Part shown: one piece after another, positions 38,237 through 51,490 of the stretch | Position numbering within the stretch: the stretch's first letter is position 1 | Layout: every line of letters starts with the position of its first letter | Source: Leucoraja ocellata | Lineage: Eukaryota | DNA length: 64,000 bases | Reading direction: 5' to 3' | Assembly (NCBI GenBank): GCA_036785375.1 | Contig: JAWMAR010000578.1 | Coordinates: 992,001-1,056,000, forward strand | Program-made: the position numbers and the translations under genes | Notes under the pieces: model-generated | Told to the model about the DNA's origin: nothing | The model's input: only the letters and a program-made list of their open reading frames with translations | Database searches by the model: none

Positions 38237-38985
38237 CTGTGAAAGTAATTTATATCGGCCATTAGTCAATTACCCTCTGGTGGCACAAAGAATACGATTT
38301 TGAAACAAAATACTACAGTCTCAAAGAGAATGTATATACATTTCAGGATTCATACTAATCCATGAGACTGCACCAACATGCAAACAAATATGGAATTGTT
38401 ATCCGTCACATTTAATGATACACGGGCACGGGATTAAAAGTGCTTCACTGCAAGTTGGGGAACTGCTTCTAATGAGTTGAGAAAACAGTAGTTTATTCTA
38501 AAACTGTATTGCGCGCTACTGCTGGGGTGGATTATTCTGTGTTTTAGTGTTGTTTCGTTGAGTTAGCGATCTTCCAGTGATCTGCCAGTAGCAGATTTTT
38601 TTTTGCCATTCTTCATTAATTTTCTTTCCCTGATTTCACTTAGTGTTGATCTTCGGTGCTACTAATCATTCCAGGCCCATAGAACAACATTAGCTTTCTT
38701 CGTTATTGCCGATCATTTGTATGAACGTAAATGGAATCTGCTTAAGGGGGCAGACGAATAGTTGATTTAAAGTAGCAAACATTTAATATTACGTATTAAA
38801 AATGCTGATAATGAAAAGTACAATTTTAAGATTCGCTGATAGACCGTTTAATCTATATTCTCATGGGGTAAATTCTACGATGAACCTGCCTGCACAATTG
38901 TCAGGAAATCAACGGTCGCTAGGAAATAGAGTTGTTCATATTGTCCTTGGGCTGAAATCATCCAACATTGCGTACTCTACTTATC

Positions 38986-39615
38986 ATAGAAACATAGAAA
39001 CATAGAAATTAGGTGCAGGGGTAGGCCATTCGGCCCTTCGAGCCTGCACCGCCATTCAATATGATCATGGCTGATCATCCAACTCAGTATCCCGTACCTG
39101 CCTTCTCTCCATACCCCCTGATCCCCTTAGCCACAAGGGCCACATCTAACTCCCTCTTAAATATAGCCAATGAACTGGCCTCAACTACCCTCTGTGGCAG
39201 AGAGTTCCAGAGATTCACCATTCTCTGCGTGAAAAAAGTTCTTCTCATCTCGGTTTTAAAGGATTTCCCCTTTATCCTTAAGCTGTGACCCCTTGTCCTG
39301 GACTTCCCTAAGATCGGGAACAATCTTCCTGCATCTAGCCTGTCCAACCCCTTAAGAATTTTGTAAGTTTCTATAAGATCCCCTCTCAATCTTCTAAATT
39401 CTAGAGAGTATAAACCAAGTCTATCCAGTCTTTCTTCATAAGACAGTCCTGACATCCCAGGAATCAGTCTGGTGAACCGTCTCTGCACTCCCTCTATGGC
39501 AATAATGTCCTTCCTCAGATTTGGAGACCAAAACTGTACACAATACTCCAGGTGTGGTCTCACCAAGAACCTGTACAACTGCAGTAGAACCTCTCTGCTC
39601 CTATACTCAAATCCT
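38986..39615 (-). mobile_element. CR1 (family 1) 3' fragment, specific to unit 2
   Basis: (catagaaa)n tail; TTATC TSD (38981-38985, 39622-39626); empty site at ~25536. Confidence 0.92.
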
Positions 39616-40090
39616 GAAAAATTATCGAGACCACACACAAGATTAGAAGTTGTTCAACCAGAGCTGAACACACGTCTCGGCATCTGCATACAATGGTGTC
39701 TGTTCTTGTGCTTCTAGTGCGTGGTGGTGGAAAGATTGGTGGAAACAGGGCCGCGACGTGAACGCTCCTTCCTTGACCCCATTGCATACTTAGTAGATTG
39801 AAAGTGTTATCACTGCACTCTGCTTAATATCCGTCGGCTTCGGCACCACTACCGAATTTCGGTGAATTCAGTAACCGATGGAGACAACAAAAATAAACGA
39901 CGATTGAAACATTGACATGGGAAGATGTAAGATTTATATCTTGAGATTTATTTTTTGTCATTGTTAATGGTCAGTTTTATTCTCAATTGTTTTATTGTTT
40001 TGCAATCGAATAGCATTTACTGCCCTTGTTTTTTTTTAACCACCATTATGATTAAGACCGAGAATACCGTAAGATGTGTATAATTCTCAC

Positions 40091-40189
40091 AATTTTGTGC
40101 CTTTAATTGGAGCCTTATCAAGATAATGACCAAAACTAAAACTGCCAAGACACCCACTGCGCATCCGATAATTAGGATTTTATCTGCAT
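40091..40189 (-). pseudogene. Pseudogene E TM exon: (D)ADKILIIGCAVGVLAVLVLVIILIRLQLKAQN
   Basis: 99-nt hydrophobic exon about 0.8 kb downstream of the E C1 pseudo-exon. Confidence 0.7.
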
Positions 40190-40305
40190 CTTATGGATCA
40201 AGAGAGAAACAGGGGAAATGTGAACGACATAATATATAGAAATATATACACATTTAGGAATTTAGCGATAACATTTGTGATTTTGAAACATTGATCTCTC
40301 ATTAC

Positions 40306-40875
40306 CATATAACCATATAACCATATAACAATTACAGCACGGAAACAGGCCATCTCGGCCCTACAAGTCCATGCCGAACAATTTTTTTCCCCTTAGTCCC
40401 ACCTGCCTGCACTCATACCATAACCCTCCATTCCCTTCTCATCCATATGCCTATCCAATTTATTTTTAAATGATACCAATGAACCTGCCTCCACCACTTC
40501 CACTGGGAGCTCATTCCACACCGCCACCACTCGCTGCGTAAAGAAGTTCCCCCTCATATTACCCCTAAACTTCTGTCCCTTAATTCTGAAGTCATGTCCT
40601 CTTGTTTGAATCTTCCCTATTCTCAAAGGGAAAAGCTTGTCCACAACAACTCTGTCTATCCCTCTCATCATTTTAAAGACCTCTATCAAGTCCCCCCTTA
40701 ACCTTCTGCGCTCCAGAGAATAAAGACCTAACTTATTCAACCTATCTCTGTAACTTAGTTGTTGAAACCCAAGCAACATTCTAGTAAATCTCCTCTGTAT
40801 TCTCTCTATTTTGTTGACATCCTTCCTATAATTGGGCGACCAAAATTGTACACCATACTCCAGATTTGGTCTCAC
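40306..40875 (-). mobile_element. CR1 (family 2) 3' fragment, specific to unit 2
   Basis: CATTAC TSD (40300-40305, 40876-40881); (taaccata)n tail; empty site at ~26264. Confidence 0.92.
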
Positions 40876-40997
40876 CATTACGAATAAACACGGGTCGTAT
40901 CTAGCCATTGTCTCCGTGTTTGAGCAGCTGTATATTTAAATTCTAACCAGGTTGGACATATACACCCGCTCTTGTCTGCAAGTAATTACAATCTTAC

Positions 40998-41521
40998 CTT
41001 TTTTGACGGTGTAGCTGAGAGCTGCTGGCACCTCAAGGGAAACATGATATACCAAGCAGGTGTAAACTCTCTGCCACAGAGGGTAGTTGAGGCCAGTTCA
41101 TTGGCTATATTTAAGAGGGAGTTAGATGTGGCCCTAGTGGCCAAGGGGATCAGAGGGTATGGAGAGAAGGCAGGTACGGGATACTGAGTTTGATGATCAG
41201 CCATGATCATATTAAATGGCGGTGCAGGCTGGAAGGGCCGAATGGCCTACTCCTGCACCTAATTTCTATGTTTCTATGTTTCTATGTTTAAACGGCGTCG
41301 CCTCAAGCAAGTTTAATTCCTTCCAAAAAACTGGAAACCTCATACAATCCTTCTGCGCTTCTATTTTTTTACCGTTTCTATTCCGGTCAGAATTTCTTCG
41401 TTATTTCTCCGCCAGGAGATTTCTATTTTTTCCGGATAAAAGCTCGCCGTTTTACACACAAGTTTCCGAGACTGCGATGAAGTTCCTTTAACCGGGATGA
41501 TTTTCAACGGAGTTGGGGTAG
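40998..41521 (-). pseudogene. Pseudogene E C1 exon (frameshift, stop, CR1 insertion)
   Basis: TPTPLKII..LVCKTASFYPEKIEISW.. frameshift ..GLYEVSSFLEGIKLA*GDAV[CR1]YTCLVYHVPLEVPAALSYTVKK|gtaag. Confidence 0.85.
41068..41288 (+). mobile_element. CR1 (family 1) 3' fragment inserted in the E C1 exon
   Basis: TAAAC TSD (41063-41067, 41289-41293); removing it restores DAVYTC. Confidence 0.9.
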
Positions 41522-43564
41522 CTTTAACAGAGACAAATATATTATGTATTTTGTTGCCTTGGAAAGGACGTTCACTCGTTTGTCTCACTTGAGAATTGTA
41601 TCAAAATGTTATTATGACGAGTTAACCGCGCTATTGTTTGAACCGTTTTAAGTTGTCCTATTGTTATAAACTGCTCTCTCGTCGGCAGGAAAGTGACGGG
41701 GTAAATTAAAAGCACAAAGAATGCGAGTCTATCAACTAGTGACCCATAAGAAAGGTGCCGCTGCTCTAAATAGGAGTATAAGAGTTAACGCGGGCGAAAT
41801 TGGTATTAGACATTTGTGTTTCCCTCAAAACGAGGTGGTTTGTCGAGCTGTTTTAATTTCAGAGATTGCCACGGGAACAAAATGAAATTGTCACAGCTAT
41901 CTATAATCAAGTGGTTGGGTGTGGATGAAAACTGGGTCTTTGCGAGTGTTTGGGCAGTACTGTATTTTAATGCGCGGGGTGAAGGTTTACGAGGGTACAA
42001 ATTTCACCAGGATAAATGTTTCCCGAACGCGAAGGGAATACTGAATATTTCTCAATCTGGGGAAGTGACACACTGGAAGTTGAGCGTCGCTAAATAAATC
42101 ATCACACGCACTGAAGTGGGGGAACTGAACATGCTCCTTCCCCCATGTTGGAATAACTCAGCGAATCGGCTAGCATCTTTGGAGGTATTGAACGGGTGAC
42201 ATTTCGGGTCGGGACATTTCCTTGGAAAAAGTTGTTCCAGTACTTTTTTTTAGCTCCAGGATAAAAACAACTTTCGTTTCTCGCTTGAAAACTACCACAC
42301 ACATCTGCCCAGTATGAACATTTACGAAAATATTCCATTCGCAATTTGAAGCCGCGTATCCAAACAGATGCAAATGCAATTCGCACAACATTTCAAAATC
42401 AGCACTTCGGATTTAAAGCAGATTCGAATATTATCGCGATAGTTTATTGCAGAGGTGGGGTATTGTGCCTTGGTAAGGGAGAGGTGAACAACTGCTGCTT
42501 GTATATCCATAATGGGTGACTCTGGGCTCCCAATGTATTGTGGGGTACTGTAGGTTAAGAGTCGGGCAGTGGATTTCCTTTTCTCCCCATCTATTGCCCT
42601 CGGCAGCCTATCACTATACCAATCCCATAATATATAATAGTACTTTAATCACCAGTTAATGGTGGTAGATTATCCTGACTTGTACTTCTAATGCTCTGCA
42701 ATGTGAACATGTTATGCCAATGTGGGTTTCCTTCACTTTCCTTCCTCTTTACCGTAAATTGACCCTGGGTTAGCTGAGTAGGAGACGTTGATGGGCATGA
42801 GAGAAAAAAGATGTAGAAAAATGTGGAATAGGACTGCCTAGATATGATATGTGTATGGCCTGCATTTAAGTCATTGTTAAATGCACCAATCTGTTCTTAC
42901 TCCCAGACATAATTCTTTAAAATGTTGTTCTCTAAATTCAGCCATTCAATGAGATTACAGATCTTCTCAACTCGATCTATAAGTATCCAAGTCTTTTCGT
43001 CCAAATATTTGAACAGGTGCAAAAGTCACTTCTCGCAAGGACTTGGAGTGCACCTTGTGGTTCCGCACTGCCCTAATCACTTTAGGGAACAATGCATTTC
43101 TCTCCTGGTTTGTTGGTTGGCAATTTTTTCTGTTTTGTATCAATACAGATGGCAGTCACAACAACTGATAATCTTCAAGCCGTGGATGAATTTGAAAAGA
43201 CAGTTTTAATTAAGTGAAAATAAAATTATTTTTATAAAATTGAAGTAACGGGCATTTTCTTATAGAACGTAAGCTCACTTTGTGAAATGTTGATAACATT
43301 GCACCAAATGTACAGTACAGCAGCATAAATGAGGGAGGATAGGTTTTTATGTTTGCACCTGTATGACACTGGCATTACTGTTCTTGCTTTCGTCTTGGAA
43401 AGCACTGGTTATTAACACGTCGGCTTCCGATTCTGTCAAGGTATTTCCTCTGTTGCAAATGATAGCGATCCTCTTCCCTGATCTGCGATGTGGTTCCTTT
43501 CAATTGGACAGGCAATAAATGGCAAGTGATAAGGTCTTGCATCTTCACTCATTCACAGTACCCG

Positions 43565-43690
43565 TTACCCCTTTGAAATATTTATATCTGCGTAGACTGG
43601 GTGTTCGTTCTTGGGTTTAGGTGCTGATTTAATTGATTTGGAAAACTGCAGAGCAGCGTAAGTAGGCTTGTCAGCTTCGCTTCCTTTAGT
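43565..43690 (-). CDS. Gene D terminal cytoplasmic exon: TKGSEADKPTYAALQFSKSIKSAPKPKNEHPVYADINISKG*
   Basis: gactttcacag acceptor; homologous to the B terminal exon; two YxxL/I motifs. Confidence 0.75.
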   Translation of the reverse strand, partial: TKGSEADKPTYAALQFSKSIKSAPKPKNEHPVYADINISKG

Positions 43691-44339
43691 CTGTGAAAGT
43701 CATTAAATATCGGATGTTAGTAAATACATGAATAGATTTTGTTTTCAAATATCGATCATTGATTAGTATAAGATAGTTACTTTAAGTATTTTTTCTTACT
43801 CCAATTTTTAATTGTATTTATAAAGCAATATTTATTTTTGCACTTAATGTTCATACTAGGTTATTGCTAGTGTAATCTCCTAGGAAGTGTAGGTAAAGAT
43901 TTAAAGTACTACTTTTTCAGTATGCTAATACATTAGTTCGGCGTTCAACTAGCGTTCGGTGTTCCTTCCCAGAAAGCAAGTCGTGTTTATACATGGCCTG
44001 TTACAACCAGGCTTGCAGGGCCGGGTTCCTGGTTATGGACACGACTCGTCTCTGGCACAACCAGGCGATGCAAAAGTCAGTGACCCAGTAGCAGACTAGC
44101 CCATGTGGAAGGAGCCATTTTAAATATTCAATGGCTGTCTGTGTGCTGCTATCGGGTGGGATGGGGCGAACAGGGAGGCGAGTGTCATACAGTGTGCTGT
44201 TATGCAAGATACAGTGAGACATCCAGTGAGTGCAGGTCATTGCTACAGAAAAACAGCTGGGCGCCCTACAAATCCTCCCTCACCTCCTGCTAATTGTGAT
44301 GGAAGTCGCTTTGTGGCCCAAATATGTATGTATCATACC

Positions 44340-47300
44340 TTATCGAGCCGTGAACCTGTCCAAGTGTCTTGTATATTGTAATTGTACTTGCCTCGCACTT
44401 CCTCTGGCTGCTCGCGAATCACCCTTTTGGTGAAAAAGTTGCTCCAAAGGCCCCTTTAATATCCCTCTCCCACCTTAACCCCATTCTCCCTATCCTGGTG
44501 AATAGCTGTATTTTCACCCCAGAACTGTACACAGTACTCAATGTGACCGTACCAACATCTTAGCCAGCAATAACATGTCCCAACTCCTGTACTCAACCTG
44601 ACTCATGAAGACATGCATGCCAAATATTTTCTTCAGCACCCTGTCTACCTGCATCACCATATTCATGGAACTATGTACTTCTAGGTCTTTCTGTTCTACA
44701 GCACTCCCCAGGGCCTACCATTTATTGTATTAGCCCTGTCCAAGTTTGTCTTGACAATGTAAAACCTCTGCATTAAACTCCATGTGCCATTCCTCGGCCC
44801 ATTGTCCCAGTTCATCAAGATTCTTTTGTGATCTTAGATGTGCTGATGAGACGGGGCCCCTCTCAACCAATGAAGCAGCCCCATTTTCAGCTGTTGAGCC
44901 CATTCATTGCAAGATGCATTCATGATCCCCGCATCTCAGTGCTGAGTGGCTGCGCCTGGACAAAGTACAGCTTCTACAGTACTCATTGTCCTGTGACAAT
45001 GCAGTCGCAAGTTCATGGGTACAGAAGCACCAGATTCTCTGATGTAGCGGTAGAGTATAGGCCAACCAGATGAATATCCTTTTTTATATAAAGAAATGTA
45101 ATTGGTCTGAGTTTTTGGATTCCAAGACTAAGAATGGTTGATAAATTCGAGTAGTGCTCAAACATCAGGGTACAAGATTATGCAAAGTCCCCTGTTGAGA
45201 TATTTGTGTCTGATCACTGATTGAGGGTTTGACTAATATTTACCCTATTCACACAGTGGTGCAGCAATAGAGGTGCTGCCCAAAGATTGGTGCTGCCTTA
45301 GTGCCAGAGACCCGGGTTGGATCCTGACCTTGGACCCTGGGTGCTTGCCTGTCTGGAGTCTGTACGTTCTCCATCCTGACTGATGAAGGCCAACATACCA
45401 AAAGTCACCTGACCACTCTATCTGTGACACCACTTTCAAGGAATTCTCCCAATTTTGCTAGCCCTTCCTGTCTCCTCCCTTTCCTTAACCCTCAAGTTGT
45501 CTCCTCCCATCTCCCTGCCCCCCCTGCCCTCGGGCTCATCCTCCCTTTTTCCTTCCTTCTCCCCCCCCCCCCCCCCCCCCCCCCCCCCACTCCTCATCAG
45601 TCTGAAGAAGGGTTTCGGCCCGAAACGTCGCCTATTTCCTTAGCTCCATAGATGCTGCTGCACCCGCTAAGTTTCTCCAGCAATTTTGGGTACCTACAAT
45701 ATTAGATCCCTTTGCTCCACAACACTTCCCAGGACCCTGCCTTTCACTGTGTGGGACTTGTCCTGGTTTGATTTCCCAAAATGCAACACCTTGTGCTTAT
45801 CTGCATTAACAATCTCTCAGCCCATTTCCCTAACTGATCAAATATCTGCGTTATCTACGATACCACCCACTTTAGTGTCACCTGCAAACTTATTAACCAT
45901 GCCTTGTACATTCTCATTCAAATCATTGATACAAACCACAAATAGCAATGGGCCCAGCACTGATCCCTGAGGCATAACACTAGTCACGGGCCTCCAGTCA
46001 GACAAACAACCTTTCGCCATCACCTCTGCTTCCTTCCATGAAGCCAATTCTTTCCAGTACTCCCTGGATCCTATGCAATCTAATGTTTCTCTCCAGTAAT
46101 TTGCCTACCACAGATATTTGGCTCGCTGATCTATAGTTCCTAAGATTTTCTTTGCAATGACATTCAGTACCTCCTCAACCATGAGGAAGAAGGGTCTAAA
46201 GAAGTGTCTCGACCCAAAACGGCACCCATTCCTTTTCTCCAGAGATGATGCCTGTCCCACTGAGTTACTCCAGCTTTTTGTGTATGCTCCTCAAACATAA
46301 TACATACTGTCCTCGAGATTTCTATTATTGTTCCAAGTTCCTCTGTCTCCAGCAAGGAATGTCTGGCGGCCTGGGAGTAAGGGTGTGCCTCGGGGATTGG
46401 TGCTGGATTCATTGCCGTTTGTGTTGCATGTCAATGATTAGGGCCAGAATATAGAAGATTTTTTTGGTAAGCTTGCAGATGACATTAAGTCAGTGGTAAA
46501 GTAGATAATGAAGATGGTCATCAAATATTACAGCAGGATCTTGATCAGTTAGGCATGTGCAGATAAGTGTGAGGTATTGCATGTCGGGAAATAAATCCAA
46601 ACATTTTCTGCAGCTCAGACCTGTTTAATGATGATTTGTTTACCTCAGCCAAGATGCTATTTCTTCTCTAACTTCCCACAGTGTCCTCTGATATATCTGA
46701 TCAGGTCTGGTAGATTATTCTACATTCATACACCTCAGGACATTCAGCACCTCCTCGATCGTAATGTGGGCTGTCAAGACATTTTCATTAACTGTCCCAA
46801 GTTCCCAGTCTTCATGTTAAAAACAGAGGAGAAATACTCGTTGAGTACCTTGCCCATCTCCTGCCGCTCCACGCAGAGATGACCACTTTGGTTTCTGTGG
46901 GGCCCTATACTCTCTAGTTAGCTTATTTTGCCTAATATTTTATAAAATCTGGATTTACCTTAATATTATTTGCAAGCGTTTCCTCTTGACCACCTGTTGG
47001 CCTCCTGATTTCCTTTCCAAGTATGTTCCTGAATGTTCCTTTGCCCACAAACAACCTACTTGAATTAAATTTAGCAAATTCCTGTCTAACACCTTAAAAG
47101 TTGGCCTTGCCCAAATTCAGAATTTGAACTCATGGGTCCACCCATGAGTCTTTATCCATAACTATTTTAAAGTTAATAGAACAGTGAGCACTGGTCCCAA
47201 AAGGGTAATCTATGAACACATCAGTCACTTCCCTTTCCAATTTCCTTTGGGTAGATCAAGCTTTGCCCTCTCCTATGTAAGGCCCCCCTACATATTGTCT

Positions 47301-47830
47301 AAGGTAACTTTCCTGACCATATTTGACAATTTCCATTCCGTCTAAACTCTAGGTGTTATGACAATCCCAGTCTATATTGAGAATATGAAAATCCCAGATT
47401 TGACAACATTAGTCTTGAAGATGCCTGCAATCTCCTGGCATATTTGCTCTTCTAAATTCCTGTTGATTATTTGGAGGTCTAAAGAACGCTCCCAACAACA
47501 ATTTCATATTTCCACCCATATAAACTCACTGAACGACGATCAATAATGTCATCTCGGACTACTGCCATTAAGTTCTCCTTAAATAAAGCAACACTACTTC
47601 CTCTAACTGCTACCTCTCTCTCCTATAACATCTGTATCCTGTCCCTTTCTTAGCCAGGTTTCTGTAATGGCTACAATGTCCCAGTCGCACGTACCCGCTA
47701 CACATTACCTATAGACCTCTCGCATTAAAATAAATACAATTCAATCCAATAGTCTTTCCTCACTCCTTGCCATGCTCCTGCCTATTCTCTCCTCTAAACA
47801 TTCTCTCAGCATCTGTTTCTCACCTGCCTC
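44340..47830. mobile_element. Mosaic of old CR1 remnants with SINE and Penelope fragments
   Basis: Degenerate RT motifs (e.g. 45838-46047 PQGSVLGPLLF..NDL..FAGDTK), SINE at ~45250-45375, Penelope-type repeat at ~45440-45690. Confidence 0.65.
45602..45629 (+). ncRNA. Minimal hammerhead-ribozyme-like core
   Basis: CTGAAGA-a-GGGT-TTCG-GCCC-GAAAC-GTC (stem II closed by a UUCG loop). Confidence 0.55.
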
Positions 47831-47909
47831 AGTCCTGAATTGGATTCCCCCCCCCCCCCCCCCCCCCCCGCCAATCTAACTTAAATCCACCCATGTAATA
47901 TTAGCAAAA

Positions 47910-50205
47910 CCTGAGACAGACACAAAATGCTGCAGTATCTCAGTGGGACAGGCAGCATTTTAGCAGAAAACGGATAGGTGCCGTTTCGGTCCAGGACCCT
48001 TCTTCAGACTGATTGTAGAGAGGGGGGTCTGGAAGCAAAAAAAGACCAGGACAGATCAATGCCAGCAACAGACAACCCAAGACTAGGTGTTCCTGGATAG
48101 GACAATTGTTGTCTAGGGGTGGTGCGATCCCACGAGGGATACATAGAAACATAGAAACATAGAAATTAGGTGCAGGAGTAGGCCATTCGGCCCTTCGAGC
48201 CTGCACCGCCATTCAACATGATCATGGCTGATCATCCAACTCAGTATCCCGTACCTGCCTTCTCTCCATACCCCCTGATCCCCTTAGCCACAAGGGCCAC
48301 ATCTAACTCCCTCTTAAATATAGCCAATGAACTGGCCTCAACTACCCTCTGTGGCAGAGAGTTCCAGAGATTCACCACTCTCTGCGTGAAAAAAGTTCTT
48401 CTCATCTCGGTTTTAAAGGATTTCCCCCTTATCCTTAAGCTGTGACCCCTTGTCCTGGACTTCCCTAAGATCGGGAACAATCTTCCTGCATCTAGCCTGT
48501 CCAACCCCTTAAGAATTTTGTAAGTTTCTATAAGATCCCCTCTCAATCTTCTAAATTCTAGAGAGTATAAACCAAGTCTATCCAGTCTTTCTTCATAAGA
48601 CAGTCCTGACATCCCAGGAATCAGTCTGGTGAACCGTCTCTGCACTCCCTCTATGGCAATAATGTCCTTCCTCAGATTTGGAGACCAAAACGGTACGCAA
48701 TACTCCAGGTGTGGTCTCACCAAGACCCTGTACAACTGCAGTAGAACCTCTCTGCTCCTATACTCAAATCCTTTTGCAATGAAAGCTAACATACCATTCG
48801 CTTTCTTTACTGCCTGCTGTACCTGCATGCCTACCTTCAATGACTGGTGTACCATGACACCCAGGTCTCGCTGTATCTCCCCCTTTCCCAATCGGCCACC
48901 ATTTAGATAATAGTCTGCTTTCCTGTTTTTGCCACCAAAATGGATAACCTCACATTTATCCACATTATACTGCATCTGCCAAACATTTGCCCACTCACCC
49001 AGCCTATCCAAGTCACCCTGCAGTCTCCTAGCATCCTCCTCACAGCTAACACTGCCCCCCAGCTTAGTGTCATCCGCAAACTTGGAGATATTGCCTTCAA
49101 TTCCCTCATCCAGATCATTAATATATATTGCAAATAGCTGGGGTCCCAGTACTGAGCCTTGGGGTACCCCACTAGTCACTGCCTGCCATTGTGAAAAGGA
49201 CCCGTTTACTCCTACTCTTTGCTTCCTGTTTGCCAGCCAGTTCTCTATCCACATCAATACTGAACCCCCAATGCCTTGTGCTTTAAGTTTGTATACTAAT
49301 CTCGTATGTGGGACCTTGTCGAAAGCCTTCTGGAAGTCCAGATACACCACACCCACTGGTTCTCCCCTATCCACGCTACTAGTTACATCCTCGAAAAATT
49401 CTATAAGATTCGTCAGACATGATTTACCTTTTGTAAATCCATGCTGACTTTGTCCAATGATTTCACCACTTTCCAAATGTGCTGCTATCCCATCTTTAAT
49501 AACTGACTCTAGCAGTTTCCCCACTACCGATGTTAGACTAACTGGTCTGTAATTCCCCATTTTCTCTCTCCCTCCCTTCTTAAAAAGTGGGGTTACGTTT
49601 GCTACCCGCCAATCTTCAGGAACTACTCCAGAATCTAAAGAGTTTTGAAAGATTATTACTAATGCATCCACTATTTCTGGAGCTACTTCCTTAAGTACTC
49701 TGGGATGCAGCCTATCTGGCCCTGGGGATTTATCGGCCTTTAATCCATTCAATTTACCCAACACCACTTCCCGGCTAACCTGGATTTCACTCAATTCCTC
49801 CAACTCCTTTGACCCGCGGTCCCCTGCTATTTCCGGCAAATTATTTATGTCTTCCTTAGTGAAGACGGAACCAAAGTAGTTATTCAATTGGTCCGCCATA
49901 TCCTTGTTCCCCATGATCAACTCACCTGTTTCTGACTGCAAGGGACCTACAGGATACGTAATTGTGAACTGGTTACCTGACATTTAGCTGAGGATCGGGA
50001 TTGGGGAGGGAGAAGGGGCAGAAAAGCGAGGGGAGGTGAGTATGTAGAAGTTAGCAAAAAATTGTATAATTAATGTTCATACCACTATCCAAGGGTGAAG
50101 CTACCCAAGTGAATTATGAGGTGCTGTTCCACCAATTTGCATGTGGTCTTACTCTATCAATGGAGGAGGCCCAGGACCGAACCTGCCTCGGGAACTGCCT
50201 CGATA
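47910..50205 (-). mobile_element. Penelope-like element 3' remnant interrupted by a CR1
   Basis: SVLGLLH..(K)LVEQHLI..LGS motif near 50200-50075 and hammerhead-like core at ~47978-48008, on either side of the CR1. Confidence 0.55.
48143..49951 (-). mobile_element. CR1 LINE (family 1), 5'-truncated, uninterrupted RT ORF
   Basis: 580-aa open frame (KSPGPD, NYRPVSLTS, QGSVLGP, FADD); (catagaaa)n tail; GGATAC TSD 48137-48142 / 49952-49957. Confidence 0.97.
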
Positions 50206-50952
50206 TTGGTTCCAAACAGTTCAGGTGCAACCATCCCTATTGTACAGGTCACCTCTGCCTCAGAAGTGATCCACTGCACCAAGAAACTTGAATCCAAAAA
50301 TCTAATTTGTAAGTCGTGTTTGAGAACAATCACGTTGAAAACCAGGCCTAGAAATGGAAAGGTGTCCGTGGTGACAAATTGTGAAAGCAATCCATCAACG
50401 GGGGAGTCGCACCCATGCTGTTTGTACACTTGCACAGGGTGTCAATTCTAAATATAAACAAAGATACAAGGCTATACCTTTGACTTAAAGAAAGTGAGAG
50501 GAGTCAAGAATAGTTGTTAAAGCTGAAGACGTATTCTGCCAGATGGAGGAAAGTGTTAGTTGAGGGGAACTGATTGGATCTCCATAAAAAGATTGGGAAT
50601 GCCCCGAGACCTTCCTGGTGGGGAATGGAGAGAGGTATAAGGGATATGGTGTAGATTGGGCAATGGGGGTTGTAGATTGACTATTGGATGTTAGCCAATC
50701 AGAATGCTTAGTAATAATAACTCTGCCTAGTGCATGCTGTATGGTGTAAGAACTCGCTTACTGTATTCAGTAGTTGCAGCAGAATGAATGTATAATGTAC
50801 TGCATATCTGATACTGGAATGGATATTAAAGATGCTTATACCTTTATCTGAGTGCGAGTCGGGTAATTACATAGTTATTGGGTCTAACCCACTACGTTCG
50901 TTTACCGCTGTTTATTTTCTTTATCAGTTTTATTTTGTGATTTTTCAACGTT

Positions 50953-51310
50953 ATGGCCAATTCCTGTCGAAAACCGAGTCCCCTTGTGTTTTACTGACAG
51001 ATGAGCGATGGCGCATGTTTGAACGTGATTATGCTCACTAAATGACCCCGATGATCTGAAGGCATCGCTACTGCTCAATCTAGCGGGTCCAGAATGCTTC
51101 GTGCAGCCAACTTCGAGTTTCCCCCAACGATAATGGCCAGGTCATTGTGCCAGCAGAATCTATCGACAATCCAACCGTCCTACTCAGAACATTTTAGAGT
51201 TATGTTACCTGCCCCCGAATCGCATCCTTGAGAGAACAAAGTTTTTTGCCCGACAGCAGCAGATCGATGAACATGACAAACGCTTCATCAGTGACTTAAC
51301 GTTAATGATT
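50953..51310 (+). mobile_element. Degenerate Gypsy/Ty3 gag fragment
   Basis: MANSCRKPSPL..WRMFERDY..KASLLLNLAGPE..ELC..NRILERTKFFARQQ..E....FISDL across frameshifts. Confidence 0.6.
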
Positions 51311-51490
51311 TGGAGTGCATTCTTTGAAATTGAAAATAATATTGGTAATTACTCGAAAATGCAAGGTTGATATAAACAGGACAGCTTCCACTGTGCCACA
51401 ATAATTCTAGATTTTACTCAATGAAATTAAAATCTTTGCTAAAGAACATTTTTGAAAAAAAATGGCAATACTAAGAGCATTGCACCCTAC

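Larger units (their letters stand above)
26315..40893. repeat. Tandem segmental duplication, unit 2
   Basis: Collinear with unit 1; lacks 23154-23869 and the 18901 CR1; has private CR1 insertions at 38986 and 40306. Confidence 0.95.

Noticed and set aside
11815-40893. Duplication as a pure assembly artefact (two haplotypes)
   Set aside because: A discrete non-parental junction filler, several private TE insertions and several percent divergence favour a real duplication, though long reads are needed to exclude an artefact fully.
47128-47149. Perfect 10-bp inverted repeat ACTCATGGGT-CC-ACCCATGAGT
   Set aside because: Isolated within a decayed CR1; most likely a local template-switch mutation.
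50905-50963. Possible extra gene D exon (..cag|GAATTGGCCATAACG..CG|gtaaac)
   Set aside because: Overlaps the start of the Gypsy gag relic, and its reading phase does not fit after the phase-0 44-nt exon.
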